Positions 11,068 to 23,422 of a stretch of 40,696 bases of DNA are shown piece after piece. The notes beneath the pieces are model-generated. The model was not told the DNA's origin, did no database searches, and worked only from the letters and a program-made list of their open reading frames with translations. Numbering within the stretch: position 1 is the first letter of the stretch; each line of letters opens with the position of its first letter. This DNA is from Asterionella formosa (Eukaryota): positions 62,001-102,696 of the forward strand of contig NKIB01009067.1 in the NCBI GenBank assembly GCA_002256025.1, in the 5' to 3' direction. Both the position numbers and the translations under genes were made by a program.

Positions 11068-13324
11068 GATAACCAACCGAAGGGCTTTGTGACGGATTAG
11101 GTGGCTACGGGAATTGATTAAAGCGATGATAAGCCAATCGAAGTGAGCGAATGAAGATAATGCAGTCGTTACATACACATAAATGTATAACAACAAGAGT
11201 ATCAACGGATTAGCTGGCCAGTACTGGTACCGAGTCTAGGACATTTGACACGGGGGTTGAGAAATGGAATACCTGAAAAACGAGCGAAGCCCAACACAAA
11301 TAACAATGGTCGACCCCAAATGTGCATTATAGTACAGCCCACAGGGAGTTAGAAAAATTAGTATATTCCGGTATGGATACATGCATTCACAGTTTACGAT
11401 GTGGCTGTATGCAATATATAGATAGAAAAGCAATGTATCTATGTGTGCCATGATTCATTTGTGTAGACAGTAAGATACTGCAATTGTGGTCCAAATGCCA
11501 ATGGGCAGTTGAGTTTACTGATAGCTCTGCGGTAACTGGTTGAACAATGCATGTCATACTGTACCATAAATCTCTGTAATCGTCGTGAAAATGATCATGG
11601 CGATCGCCGTTTTCTTTTTACATTCATGAATACCGGAAGACAATATGATTGTACCTGGTACCAGGTACCTGGGACCTGGGACCAGGTAACAAGAATTCAT
11701 CATTTCCGTTTTCGGATACCAGGGTACCAAGTACATGGCCACACAATGGATAGTACCGGTATTCAATATTATTTATGTAGAGTGTGAGTACCGGTATATG
11801 CCGGTACTGACACCGGTACCGGTAGTGAAATTCATATTTTCAAATACCGGTATCCTCCCGGTATTTACCGTCAAGACTCGATTCGGTTGAATCAAAGGAC
11901 AAGAAATCCACTACCAGGCGTACATTGTGATTGTGGTTGAGAAAAATATCTAGACGATGTAAAATATATAATGAACATTCATACGTCGCTTTTTAACAAT
12001 GCAACTTGCAACTTTCTGCTTTATTTTACACCATCTACACTAGTTGTGCCCCTACGGCTCTCCCTATGATGTGCTGCTGCTGAATTCTCCGCCCCCACCA
12101 TGTGTCTTCAGACAAGGCAGCATGCACTGCTGCTCCTCCAAGCACCCCCTATGGTGAGCAATAACCGCTTTCCTCCTGTCAACACTCCACAAAAGAAAGC
12201 GACCAAATGCACAAACAAGAAGTCCAAGCTTGAAATCTGGACATGAATGTCTACTATATTAGGCACCTACTTTGAGCACATCCCGCCTTCCCTCATCCAC
12301 TCTCACTCATTGCACTCATTCCTCTCTCTGTCACTACCATGTGAAACAAGAGAAGTGATCCTTCCATCTGCAATCACCCACTCCCCCATCACAGTGTTAT
12401 TTCTTATTTATCTTCTCCACCCAGATATCTTTGCTAATCCTACCTTGACTTACTCTGCATGCACTCTGGCCAATGGATTTCATTGGATGTGCTCAGACCT
12501 TGTTCTGCCTACGAGCTACATTTCATCCTGGCAAAAGACTGCCAGGATTCTCAATTCAAATTAACCGAAATGGCCATACAGTTTGCCAAAAATACTTTAC
12601 GTGTCTCCCAAGACCCTTCTCTCTTGCTCTCTTATCATACTTTCATCAAACTACTACAGTCCTCATATTGATTCTACCAACTCCCAGATTCTCATTTCAA
12701 AACAATTCTCCCAAAATGGTTGTGCCGTTTTCATATTTTCTCACTGTTCATTGATTGGCCTTCTAGTCTGCTTGCTTTTCCCAATTTGTTTCTACAAATG
12801 ACTCCAAACCCTCTAAGAGCCCCAGAATGGGCTGCTCCTTGCCCTTCCTCACAATCTCTATGGTTGTTTCACCTCTAAGCTGCAACCACTAAGAGTTACT
12901 CAATGGAGTCACCCTCACTTGTCATTCCCTTGGGGCACATATGGGCCCTATGATAGTGCAACTCCATATACTGGTACTCCATTCGATTCAAGTTTCAATA
13001 AATGCATACTTAAAAATTGCCTGCTATAGTGAACATTCATATCTTCTTGTCTAGAATACACTGTACCAGCCAGTATATTGCTTAAACTTATTATGATACA
13101 AAGGGTTCACATAAGCAGGAGTAAGAATGTATGTATACCAGGATATATTAGCCAGGAAACATTAGCTAATTAATTGTTACACTTTGGGCTTCAACCCAGG
13201 AGTTAGAATATTCCCTGATTTTGATATACACAATTATCACCATGTATATATTCATTGTAAACGGCACTCCACAATATGATATATGTGTCATCTCAGTCAA
13301 AACGTCCAGCAGGATACCGATATC

Positions 13325-14010
13325 ATGCTGCGATCTGTTGCCGCTCTTGCTACCGTCGCCACTCTTTCCCGCAGCCTAGCTGCTCGCAATTCTAACGCAA
13401 GACTCATGATGGGACATCCAGCCTTGACTCGATCAATATCCGTTCGAGGCGGGGAGGACGGGCAACCAACATACACAAAGTTGGCGGATCCTGCACCTGG
13501 ATCACGTAAGTGCTTATTTCGACGGTAACAAGCTTATTTCATATTCACCATCGTGGCTCTCCTTGCTCAAACCCTGTGTCAGCCTTTCATTATGCATTCC
13601 CAGTTCATAGCTTGGAGGCGGCGAAGCACTTTTACGGTGACGTACTTGGATGCGCCGAAGGCCGAAGCTCAGAGAAATGGCAAGATTTCTCCCTCAATGG
13701 CCATCAGATTGTTTGCCATTGGGTAGGTAATGAGTATCGGTGCCAGGATTACTACAATCCTGTGGACGGCGATGAGGTCCCAGTTCCTCACGCTGGATTA
13801 GCTTTGACCGAGGAACAGTTTCACGCTCTTGCAGACAAGTTGCGAGTGGCTGGAGTCCAATTTATAATAGAGCCACACCTAAGATTCAAGGGCATGCCAG
13901 GCGAACAATGGACCATGTTCTTCAAGGATCCGTCCGGGAATAATCTCGAGTTCAAAGCGATGACAAAGATTGATAACTTATTTGCCAAATACAACGTAGA
14001 GGATAAATAG
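13325..14010 (+). CDS. VOC/glyoxalase-superfamily protein (COG3565-like putative dioxygenase) with N-terminal targeting-like extension; 2 exons
   Basis: Exons 13325-13505 and 13583-14010. Intron 13506-13582 (GTAAGT..CAG) restores GSPFHYAFPVH. Motifs FYGDVLGCAEGRSS, GHQIVCH, VPVPH and EQWTMFFKDPSGNNLEFK. Confidence 0.9.
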
Positions 14011-14052
14011 TTAGACCCTGTGGAGGCTTACAAGTCTCAAACAACTGTGGTT

Positions 14053-17000
14053 CTAATCAATCTTTTCTGCTACAATGGGATGTCCTGAAACCCTATCCCA
14101 CTCCTTGTGGGCGACATATTCTGGCTTTGGCTTTGCCTCGTTCCCGTGTTCTATTGGGTTGGTTTGAACCAATGCCTTTTCTTCCAAAAGAGAATTTAGT
14201 TGCGATCTGTACAACTGTCTTGTGTCAATGATATCGCACTGTAAACCTTGAATTTCTTTTTCCATTTCACGATTTGCATCCGTAAGTTCACGAACCTTGG
14301 CTTCAAAGAGTGGCAATTTCTCCTTTGCCTGCTGTAATTCGCTCAGCTCTTCAAGCAGCGATGCTCGAGTTCGCTCAGAGCTGACCAAAGACCTTCGGAG
14401 GGCCTCGAGTTCCACTGTTGATGCCTTCAGCCTTTGACTTAATTCCTCCATAGCAGCAAAGCTGAGCATCCCGCTGGCGCTGCTGTCACCATTCATTTGT
14501 CCCAGAGATTCTTGATCATCGTCCGTTTCGTACTCGATACTGTCTTCGTCGCCGAGGCCAGCCAGTGTAGATGCCAGAATATTCGCTTGATCTTCCGAAG
14601 CTCGAAGCTTCTTTTGAGGCTTGTCACTGGGGACAGGTGCGGGAGCATTCGGTAGTGGTACCGCCATGAGGCCAACATTCTCGAGCAGCTTTTGTAATTG
14701 CTCTTCCAGTTGAAATCTTTTGCTCCTCTCCTGCTTCAAATCTTTTTCAAGGGATTCCATCTGAGATCGGTAACGTTCCTCGCTCTCCACCACAGTCTTC
14801 ATCATGTCACTGCGGACCTTCGAGATACCTTCATTTGCCAAGCGTTCCACTTCGACATATTCTTCTTCTCGCTTCCCACTCTCTGTTTTCAATTCCAATA
14901 ATTTTGTCTCTAACTTCTCCACCTTGCTAGTTGACTCTTCTGCCAATGACTTGGCCATCAGTAGTTCTTCGTCGCGCTCTTTTGCCGTTCTTTGCAGACG
15001 AGCGTAATTCACTTTGAATTCATTTCTCTCCTTTGTGACCTTCTCAACTTCGATGATGTTGTCCTCTAGATCGGTTCGTAACTTAGTCTCGAGTTCGGTC
15101 CATGCTGCAGCCCTTGAGCGACTCTGTCGCTCCATACTCTCTAATTGACGCAGCAACGGACCGGTGCTATTTTGAACGTCCATGCTGAGGGCGTCCGCCC
15201 GTCGAACTGCATCTTGCCATCGCTTTCGTAATTCAGAAACTTCTTGACGAAGGGCGTCTTCTCGCATACTCGCCTCTTTTTCGATAGATCGAAGTTTCAG
15301 CTCCATTTCGGAAAGCATGTCACCATGCTCTCGTTTGATCTTGCTTGATTCTCGCTTAGATTCTAACAGTGCACCACGAGTCACAGTCTCTACCTCGTCT
15401 TGCAACTCCTTTACTCTTGACTTGAGTTCCTTGACCTGCTGGTTGAGCTCTAGATTAGCCGAAGATTTTCTTTCCAACTCTTCTTTGATGCTCGCCAGAT
15501 TACTTTCTAATTTGGTAGCAAGGGTTTCGCCCCTTCGGGCTGATCCTAATTCAGCCCTAGTCTCCTTCAACTCAGATTCGATTTTTACTACCTTTTCTTG
15601 CGCCTTTACGTGCGCTTCCTTCTCTCGTTCCAATTGGACCATCAATTCTCGCGTCTCACCCTTGGCTGCTCGTAATGATTTTTCCATGTCTGCCTGCTTT
15701 CGAGCCAGTTTCCCTCCCTCCTCACGAAGCGCAGTTATGAGGTCATCTTGTCCAGCAGCGGCATCGGCAGCTCCACTGGCAGCCTTCAGTTTTGCCTCTA
15801 AATTTTCCACCCGTGCTTTGGCGCTTTGAATACGCTTCTTGGCTTCTTCCTTCGTCTCGCTGATAGCTCGTTGCAAGTCTTCCTTCTCGCGTTCATGCAT
15901 GGAAGACATTGATGCCATTTGCTCTGCCTTGTTGGCCAACTGATCTTCTCGTTGCAAGAGTTCCGCCTGGAGTGCATGAATTTTTGATTGCATTGTGTCA
16001 ACGTCAGCTTTGTGCGAGGTTATGAGTTTGTTTATGTTATCTTCGTTCTGTTTTTGGATTTGTGTCATCAGTTCTTGATGGTCTTTTTGAATGTGACTGA
16101 TTGATTCATTCACAAGTGCTGTAGCTGGTGTCAGGGGCATGAGTTCACCTATGTCTTGCAAGAGGGTTTGGCTAGTGCCTTCTTCGACTTTTGGAGTAAC
16201 CCTGACTGCTGATTCTTCTTGTTCTTGCTCATCTTCGCAATCATCATCATCATCATCGTCATCGTCGTACAGATCTTCTTCCCAACCCACAAAATCCTCT
16301 GCCGGTGTCTCGGGAGACTCTTCTATGCCAAATTTGGTGACCGCTTCTGGAATACCATTCAATGCCTCTTGCAGGACTGAAGAAATGACATCCTCAGATT
16401 TCGCTCCAGGTGCAGTTGTAGCCTCATGCACAGGCTCAAGCGCAGTTTCAATCTCTGGTTTAGCTGCAAGTGCAAACTCAGGCTCTGGCTCCGGTGAATG
16501 CTCAATTGCAGTTTCAATATCTGGTGTCGCTGCAGGTATCGACTCGGGCTCTGGTGCCGGAACAGGCTCAGGCGTAGGTCCAAATGCGGCTTCAATATCT
16601 GGTTTAGCTGCAGGTAGCAAATCAGGCTCGAGTTCCGGTGTATTCGCAGTCGTATGCGCAAGATCAATTACATTTTCAATCTCAAGTTTAGCTGCAGGTG
16701 GCAACTCAGGCTCTGGTTCAAACTCTGGTGCTTCCTGTTCATGCAGCACTTCGATTTTCGACTGTGCCATGACAGCTGTTGCTGCTGCTAGCATTGGCGA
16801 AAACAGGGATAATTTCACTGGAGACAATAGGGAATGAGTTTGAATGGTATCCAGTTGCTTCGGCGGATCAGGTATCCCATCATCAAAATCCACTACTTCG
16901 TCCTCGGCCCACGTCCCTGCCGGCTCCGGTGCTCCTTCAAGCGGGATTTCGGGGCGAACATCGGAAACCTTTTTCTCTTCTTGTAGCGGATGATTATCAA

Positions 17001-17178
17001 GCGTTACATCAAAGTCGCCTCCAAAATCATCATCGTTCCATCCATTGCCATCATCTGCAGGAGCTGACGGTGCGGCCAACACGGACGCTGTGGTGTGACT
17101 CTCGCCGACAGATTCGTTGAGCTGTTTGTCAATAGTCGCTGCCAATGATTTCCCTTTTTCCAACCAATCATTCCACAT
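14053..17178 (-). CDS. TMF1: Golgin TMF1 (TATA element modulatory factor / Sgm1-like) coiled-coil protein
   Basis: 1041-aa ORF. Acidic disordered N-terminal part and long coiled coil. LREEGGKLARKQ matches the TMF central motif; C-terminal EIQGLQCDIIDTRQLYRSQLNSLL matches the TMF C-terminal domain. Confidence 0.8.
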   Translation of the reverse strand: MWNDWLEKGKSLAATIDKQLNESVGESHTTASVLAAPSAPADDGNGWNDDDFGGDFDVTLDNHPLQEEKKVSDVRPEIPLEGAPEPAGTWAEDEVVDFDDGIPDPPKQLDTIQTHSLLSPVKLSLFSPMLAAATAVMAQSKIEVLHEQEAPEFEPEPELPPAAKLEIENVIDLAHTTANTPELEPDLLPAAKPDIEAAFGPTPEPVPAPEPESIPAATPDIETAIEHSPEPEPEFALAAKPEIETALEPVHEATTAPGAKSEDVISSVLQEALNGIPEAVTKFGIEESPETPAEDFVGWEEDLYDDDDDDDDDCEDEQEQEESAVRVTPKVEEGTSQTLLQDIGELMPLTPATALVNESISHIQKDHQELMTQIQKQNEDNINKLITSHKADVDTMQSKIHALQAELLQREDQLANKAEQMASMSSMHEREKEDLQRAISETKEEAKKRIQSAKARVENLEAKLKAASGAADAAAGQDDLITALREEGGKLARKQADMEKSLRAAKGETRELMVQLEREKEAHVKAQEKVVKIESELKETRAELGSARRGETLATKLESNLASIKEELERKSSANLELNQQVKELKSRVKELQDEVETVTRGALLESKRESSKIKREHGDMLSEMELKLRSIEKEASMREDALRQEVSELRKRWQDAVRRADALSMDVQNSTGPLLRQLESMERQSRSRAAAWTELETKLRTDLEDNIIEVEKVTKERNEFKVNYARLQRTAKERDEELLMAKSLAEESTSKVEKLETKLLELKTESGKREEEYVEVERLANEGISKVRSDMMKTVVESEERYRSQMESLEKDLKQERSKRFQLEEQLQKLLENVGLMAVPLPNAPAPVPSDKPQKKLRASEDQANILASTLAGLGDEDSIEYETDDDQESLGQMNGDSSASGMLSFAAMEELSQRLKASTVELEALRRSLVSSERTRASLLEELSELQQAKEKLPLFEAKVRELTDANREMEKEIQGLQCDIIDTRQLYRSQLNSLLEEKALVQTNPIEHGNEAKPKPEYVAHKEWDRVSGHPIVAEKID

Positions 17179-18841
17179 TGCTAACGGAAGTTCTTTGTAT
17201 GGCGTTCAATCAAAATACTGTATAGGACGCCCTTTGAACGGCTTTAGTTTACAGTCAGAGCAGAGACCTGTAGATCTTCAAATGATATGCAGAGGACGCT
17301 TTGCTTTACGACTTTCAGGGTGTGGTGGATTCTTCACGGATGCAACTACTCTATTTAATAATATACCGTAATACGATTAAAATATTTCGTTTGCAAAATA
17401 AATACATATGCGTTTCTGCTGTACCGGTATACTGTATGATTCTGCCTTGTGTCTGTGGTCGCTGCGACGGTTAAGTTGTGTGACGGTTTATAATTACATA
17501 ACAAGAAGCAAACTACCGGAAGTAATAAAGCAAACAAGAAAGGTAGCACATTGGTTCAGTTCAACCGAACAAATTAACTGGGCTACCAGGTATGTACCGG
17601 TACTACAATCTAAACACTGAGAGTCATCCTTATTTTACTTTTATGATTCGAGTAAAATTTTTTTAGTCTGATTGCATGGTAATGTTGAAGCAAGTATGAA
17701 GGTTATTGTAGCTCATTCTTGTTCTCTCCGGTTACCACCCAAAAACTGTTTGGAAGATTTTGAACTGAGAGTCAATGATAAATTGAGTAAATTCATGTTT
17801 TGGACTACTAAGAATGCTAGATATGAACATAATTAGTCAAAGCAATGTTGTAGCAATTTATATACCAACCAAAAATGGTTGGTCTGCTTTGAACTCATCA
17901 ATTAGCTTGCATTCCTTCCATATTTAGTCCGAAAGGTTGCTGTCAATGAGAAATGGAATGAAAAAGCTAAATTTATATTTACTCCATTCAGCTGCTGGCA
18001 TCATATGCATTGGAAGTTGATGAAGACCCTGAGAGCCAATAGTTGTCTAGAGGGGAAGCGGTTGGTGCTGAGCAGGAGGAAGTGCAAGATATGGAGGGGG
18101 TATATGACAGCCATTGTGTCAGTCTTGACTGCCCCGGCTCTGGTGGGGAATGGGACGAGAGTGGTGAGAAGTGGTGGGGGAGGTAATAAATACATGGGAA
18201 GGTGAGTGCTGGCCTTAGGGAGTGTAGTCTAACAGGGTAGATATGGCTGCAAAAATAGGGCCCTGGAAGCCTGCTAAATTAGTCAACTAACCGACAAATT
18301 GTGAAACTAAAATAAGTGCACATCTAAGCAAAAAAGCTACATGACATTCCTGTAGTAGAGGCAAAATAGGTGAGCAAAAATCCTATCCATCACAACAAGT
18401 ACTCCATGTGGAATATAGGAAATTACAATAGATATTTTATTTGATGGGCTACAAACTAGCTAAAAATGACATTTATAATCAATGAGTGGGCAGTAGCTAG
18501 GTAAGTGAATGGCACAATGATAGCTAGTTTGTGAATTGCCTCAATCAACAATACCGGTACCCTTCTTGGTGGCTAGATGCCTTCTCGTACAGACCAGATG
18601 TGTGCTCGCAGGCATTAGACCACCTCGGGCGTGTATTGCCTTCAAGGAAGACCTCGCACCATGATATTATTTCGTATGATAGGAGATGATAATTCTAAGT
18701 TTCACGTAGACTATAATGTAATATGATGAATAAAGTTTGTAAGAAATATTAATCCAACCTCCTTCTTACAGCTCGATTTCATATAAATCGATTCCTTGTC
18801 GTGTCTCTTTCGGTGACATACGAATCGTTCTATCAATAACA

Positions 18842-20385
18842 ATGGCGTTCCCTCGAGTTCAAGGACATAATATGTATGCGGAGAGGAAGCAAAAGTCCCC
18901 TGGTTTGTAAGTGAATTACTATAGTAAATTGTACAAGAGAAAAAAGACGAATATGTGTCCTCACAATCCGGTGTTACAACTGTTGGCAGCTGCTCCTGGT
19001 CCCGTTGCTTCTCTGTAATCTTTGCCTTGTTTTTCTTTGTCTATATCGTTGGTGCTGGCACCAAAGACGCAATCAAGAACAAGAAAAAGGCCCTAAGAAA
19101 AGGTCCACCCATCACAAATAACCTCGCATCAAACACTGCGGAAGTGCCTTTGAATTATCCAACCCAGTCACAAGAAGACAATGATGACGATCAGGCGAGA
19201 GACGAAGAGGAGCGTTTGATCGATAAAAAGCTTGGAGATGATATAGTTGAGGAGGAACCCATCGTGACTGCGAAAGCGACTGGACACGACAGTCAAGACG
19301 TGGAAACTTCCATTTCTACCGCCATATCGGACATTCAGGAGACAGAAGCAGAAAGTGTGCTAGCGGGTGAGTCCATGTTTATAGACGCTTACCGACACAT
19401 TGAAGACAACATAAGGATTGGTCTTGGACGTATCTTTGGGAATGCTGACGATTTAACCGACGAAGAAATCGACGAGATAGCTAAAGAAGTTTCGAAAAAT
19501 CTAGAGGAACAAGTGCAAACGGAGTTCAGAAACACTTCCGATTCCTTGGCGGATATTAAGGCGGACGAGATTAGAGATATTGTTGAAAAGGACCTAAGAG
19601 CTGATATCAGCACCAAGAGTATCCGTGGGGACGTCAAAACAGTCGAACTGAATGCACTTAACGATTTGAAGGTGCAAATCAATCAAGCCGCCCAAGAAGC
19701 ACAGGACGGTATGACGAAGAAGGCTGCAAAAATCGAAAAGGAGGTAATTGATAAGGCCATGGTAAAGAAGGCAGGCAAGAAGCACAAAGTCAAGATTGTG
19801 AATGACAAAGTCGAAAAAGATGACTCCCCTGACAGTGAGGACGGAAAAAAGAAAGAGGCTCCTAATAACAAATCTGACGAAAACGGCAAGAAGAAGGAAG
19901 TGGATTCTGAAGATAGCGTATCCGATGACAAGAAGGACAACAATAAAGAATCCAATGATGACGAAGATGAAAATAAAGTCGCGATAGCCAAGGGTGGAAA
20001 GAATGTTCCTCCTGGTACCACTGGCGACCAGGACACAGCCACTTCCTCAGGGAAAGTTGGGGAGGAGGACAAACAGGACGAAAGTGAGGGTTCTACTGCT
20101 GTCGTTCCCTCGAACGATAAAGGTAAAGTTGTGAGCAAGGATATTGAAGGCGACAAGACAACGGAGGTGACAAATGACGTACGTATAGAGTCCTCAAAAA
20201 CTATTGAGAAGGTCGATTCTGGAGGGGCTGGCACTGAAACCGAGAAGAAGGATTCCAACCCCAAAGAAGATCTACGGAATGACAAGGCCAGTAGTGCTGG
20301 TGAGACAGATAAGGTGAGCAACGATGAATCAGATTCATCCGCTGACCGAGTTACCGACGATGACGAGGGTGAGGAAGAGGAGTAG
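18842..20385 (+). CDS. Uncharacterised single-pass (type II-like) membrane protein with helical and acidic/low-complexity regions; 2 exons
   Basis: Exon 1 18842-18906 (MAFPRVQGHNMYAERKQKSPG), intron 18907-18989 (GTAAGT..CAG), in-frame with the 476-aa ORF. One TM segment, CFSVIFALFFFVYIVGAG. Confidence 0.75.
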
Positions 20386-21333
20386 ATTTTTTTCAAGTCA
20401 AGAAACGCAAATTAGCGAAATGAGGATGATCGATAAAACGTACTATTTTGCTCATCCGCCCTTTCGTTGTCGAGAGTGTTGACGTAGATTGCGAAAATGT
20501 GTCTTCTATTATTATATTATTTGTTTACTACTTGCGGTCGGCAACAAAAGACGACGATATATTTTGGCATGTCTTCTGTAATACTATTCATGTTGTTGAC
20601 CTCCTGCAGTTACATGTAGTGTATTCCGGTGGATCTTTCCCACTGTTCCCTACCTGGGGCAGTCTACTGGACACTGGTATACTCCCAGTGTGTATAATAG
20701 TACTGTCAACAATTCCAATTGATGTTGACCATCAATCCCAGCGTGCTATTATGTCGTCAATCATAGCGCACATCGTGCTCAATATTGCTTCAGCCCTGTC
20801 ACATGATGTTTATGTATGATAACAATCATATCATATAAGTATTCCCTATTCACGAGAGTCTGTCAAGTGAAAGACAAAAATCACAGGGAACTCTAGAGTC
20901 AAATCAGTTGCTTGTTTTAGGGTTGGCTACATGGCTTCTCTATCAAAAAAGGGGCGAGAAAATTTATAAGGAGGACCTGTTGTATATGTCACGGTGTTTT
21001 GGACTCCAAACTTTGTTTTGCACCAGCTCCATATGAACACCTTGATACCATGATAGCCTTGCTCAGCGGACATCCATCTCAAACTATCTTACTGGTATGG
21101 TATCCTCCGAACTGGCAGATAAACTTTCCCACCGCACGCCTGTGCCTGCAAATCATGGTCGTTTCTGGTCCATGGTAGGAGTACTTGCCTCGTACCTTTA
21201 CCGATACTCCAAACTCCAAAGGTATACCGCTATGTACTGGGAAAATAGTGCTACATAGATAGTGCACCATTATATGTAGTATATTGTACCTGGCACAGCA
21301 GCTGGTACCGTAGCTGGGACCAGGGACCAGGGA

Positions 21334-21428
21334 CCAGCAAGTTGCGGTCATTTTGCTTAAACAAACAATTTAATATGGGATGAAGATAGCTAAGTTTTAG
21401 TTTCAGGACAATTACAGCAAATTGCAGG
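21334..21428. mobile_element. MITE-like element, family A, copy 1
   Basis: CCAGCAAGTTGCGGTCATTTTGCT...ACAATTACAGCAAATTGCAGG; homologous to 24903-24998 and 27321-27399. Confidence 0.7.
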
Positions 21429-21545
21429 CACTCCGTACCATACCGGTGGCACTGGGACTCCCCTGTTAGTGATGTGATCACTTGTTCTAGTTTTCTTTCC
21501 ACCATGTATAAAAGTCGGATGCCACAATTATAAAAAGCAGCAACC

Positions 21546-23137
21546 ATGCTGCAGTATCTCCCGTCATCCCTTATGGCAATCCCCATACGAAACGCAGCCA
21601 CTCAGTTTGTCTTAGTTCTTCCCTTTGGAAGACCAAACGACGCCCCTGCTGCGTCCTTATTTGAACCCTTGCTCACCGTAGCAGCATCCAAATCGACAGA
21701 AATCCTTCCTTCCATGGCAGCACCACGAGCAGCAGCCATTATGTGGATGGCACTCGCCATGGCCCTTCATTTTGGGGGATACGAGTTTGCTAGATCTTCC
21801 AGTCTTGCGCTGTTTACATCCCCCGCCGCTGGATTCCACTCCCCATCGGCCTTCCCACTTGCCATGGGGTGTGTGTCGCCGTTTAGCCTGTTACTGCTCT
21901 TACTGTACGGCAACGAATTGAATCAACACGGACCAAGAGTTGCCTTAAGGCATTCCACACTAGGTAGTATAGCCATGATACTATGCTCCGCCATTTTCTT
22001 TCCGTTCCTGCACCAATTTGGTGGCACCCACACAATGCTGCTTCAAAAAGGACTAGTGGGGGTTGCATTTGTCTTTATGAATTCATACGCGCATTTGTTG
22101 TACACACAATACTGGTCGTTTCTAGGAAGTATCATGGATACCACTGAAGGAAGCACTTGGTTTGCCACCATTGCTGGCCTCAGTAGTGTGTTTTCCACGG
22201 TCACTGGAGCACTCGTGGGCCCACTTGTGCAACAGGTGGGACTGTATGGCTTATTGGCCTGCACGGCACTAGGATTGACAGGATCCCTTTGGTGCGGCGA
22301 GCGAGCCTATCAAATATCAGAACAGCATGGATTCGATCCGTCCTTGGAAATGTCAAAGAATTCAGCGAAGAAGGCATCGCCGAATAGTAATCCGGCGCAA
22401 ACTGCTGCCAGACTCTTTCAGGAGCAGCCTATGTTAAAGGCGCTATTTATGGAAGTGATGAGCTTTCAATCTTTGTCGACTATACTGAATGTTTGTTTTG
22501 TAACAAAGTTAAAATCACTGATCTCAAATGATATGGATCGTGCGGCATGGACGGGAAAGGTACGTGTTGTAGGACATGATGCGAGAGCTGCCATGGGCAT
22601 TTTATATCATTCACGCATGTTTAGTTTTACTCCTCCATTAGTGCTGTCAGTGGGGTTGCCCAATTTTTGATTCTTCCTCTATTTATGAAAAGGATAGAAC
22701 CTAAATGGGTGTGGCGCTTGATGCCACTCCTTCCTTTGGCCTGCACTATCACAACTTCCCTACAAGGCGAGCCATCACTTTATCTACTAGCATTTGCCTT
22801 TTTCTCTGCCAAGGTCATGGATTATTCCGTCCGAGGTGTTGTTAATGAAATGGTATATGTTCCCTTAGATTTCGAATCACGCTATCTTGGCAAGGAAGTC
22901 ATTGGTGTATTTGGCAATCGCTTTGGAAAGTCTGGTATGAGTTTGGTCCTTTCGGCTTGGACATTTATTTTTGGTCGATTTGGCGTCATGTCATTGACCA
23001 AGTTGTCTACTTTAGCTTCATTTACGTGGATGGCATCTGCATGGCGGTTGAGTGGAGGATTGCCCACCAAAGAACAAGCCAAAGCGACTGTGGACCAAAG
23101 ACGCAAGGAGCAGGATAATGAAAAGAAGGATATATAA
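21546..23137 (+). CDS. TLC/NTT-family nucleotide (ATP/ADP) transporter-like MFS-fold protein; 2 exons
   Basis: Intron 22560-22624 (GTACGT..TAG) joins ORFs 21546-22670 and 22667-23137 (WTGK|FYSSISAVSGVAQFLILP). About 11-12 hydrophobic helices. Motifs QYWSFL and KVMDYSV..EMVYVPLDFESRYLGKEVIGVFGNRFGKSG. Start uncertain (21546-21714). Confidence 0.82.
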
Positions 23138-23422
23138 ACTTTTGATAGTCATCGAATTATGAAAACCTTTTACACTTTCATGTTGACTGCCATGAGCTAC
23201 AGTTCTCTTGGCACAATATGAGCAAAGTCTACTTGAGGAAAAACATGAAGTAACATGTGCAATAATTTTTTATAGATTTGTATGCTTATGAACTCAATTA
23301 TCATCAGTTTCCTTTCCCTCCGCTTTTGAAGCAAGTAGCGTCTTCCTCGTGATGCCCATGGTTGCACAATGATTATCACGTTTGCTATAGCATAGCCACC
23401 AAATTAATATAAATAGTATATA

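Noticed and set aside
11949..13053. Possible TIR-bounded element (TCTAGAC...GTCTAGA with TGAACATTCATA near both ends)
   Set aside because: The inverted match is too short and imperfect to call termini.
15317..16837. Ser-rich + strand ORFs of 170 and 232 aa
   Set aside because: Antisense shadows of the Glu-rich TMF1 coding sequence.
19683..20396. 237-aa Ser/Phe-rich minus-strand ORF
   Set aside because: Antisense shadow of the D/E/K-rich gene on the + strand.
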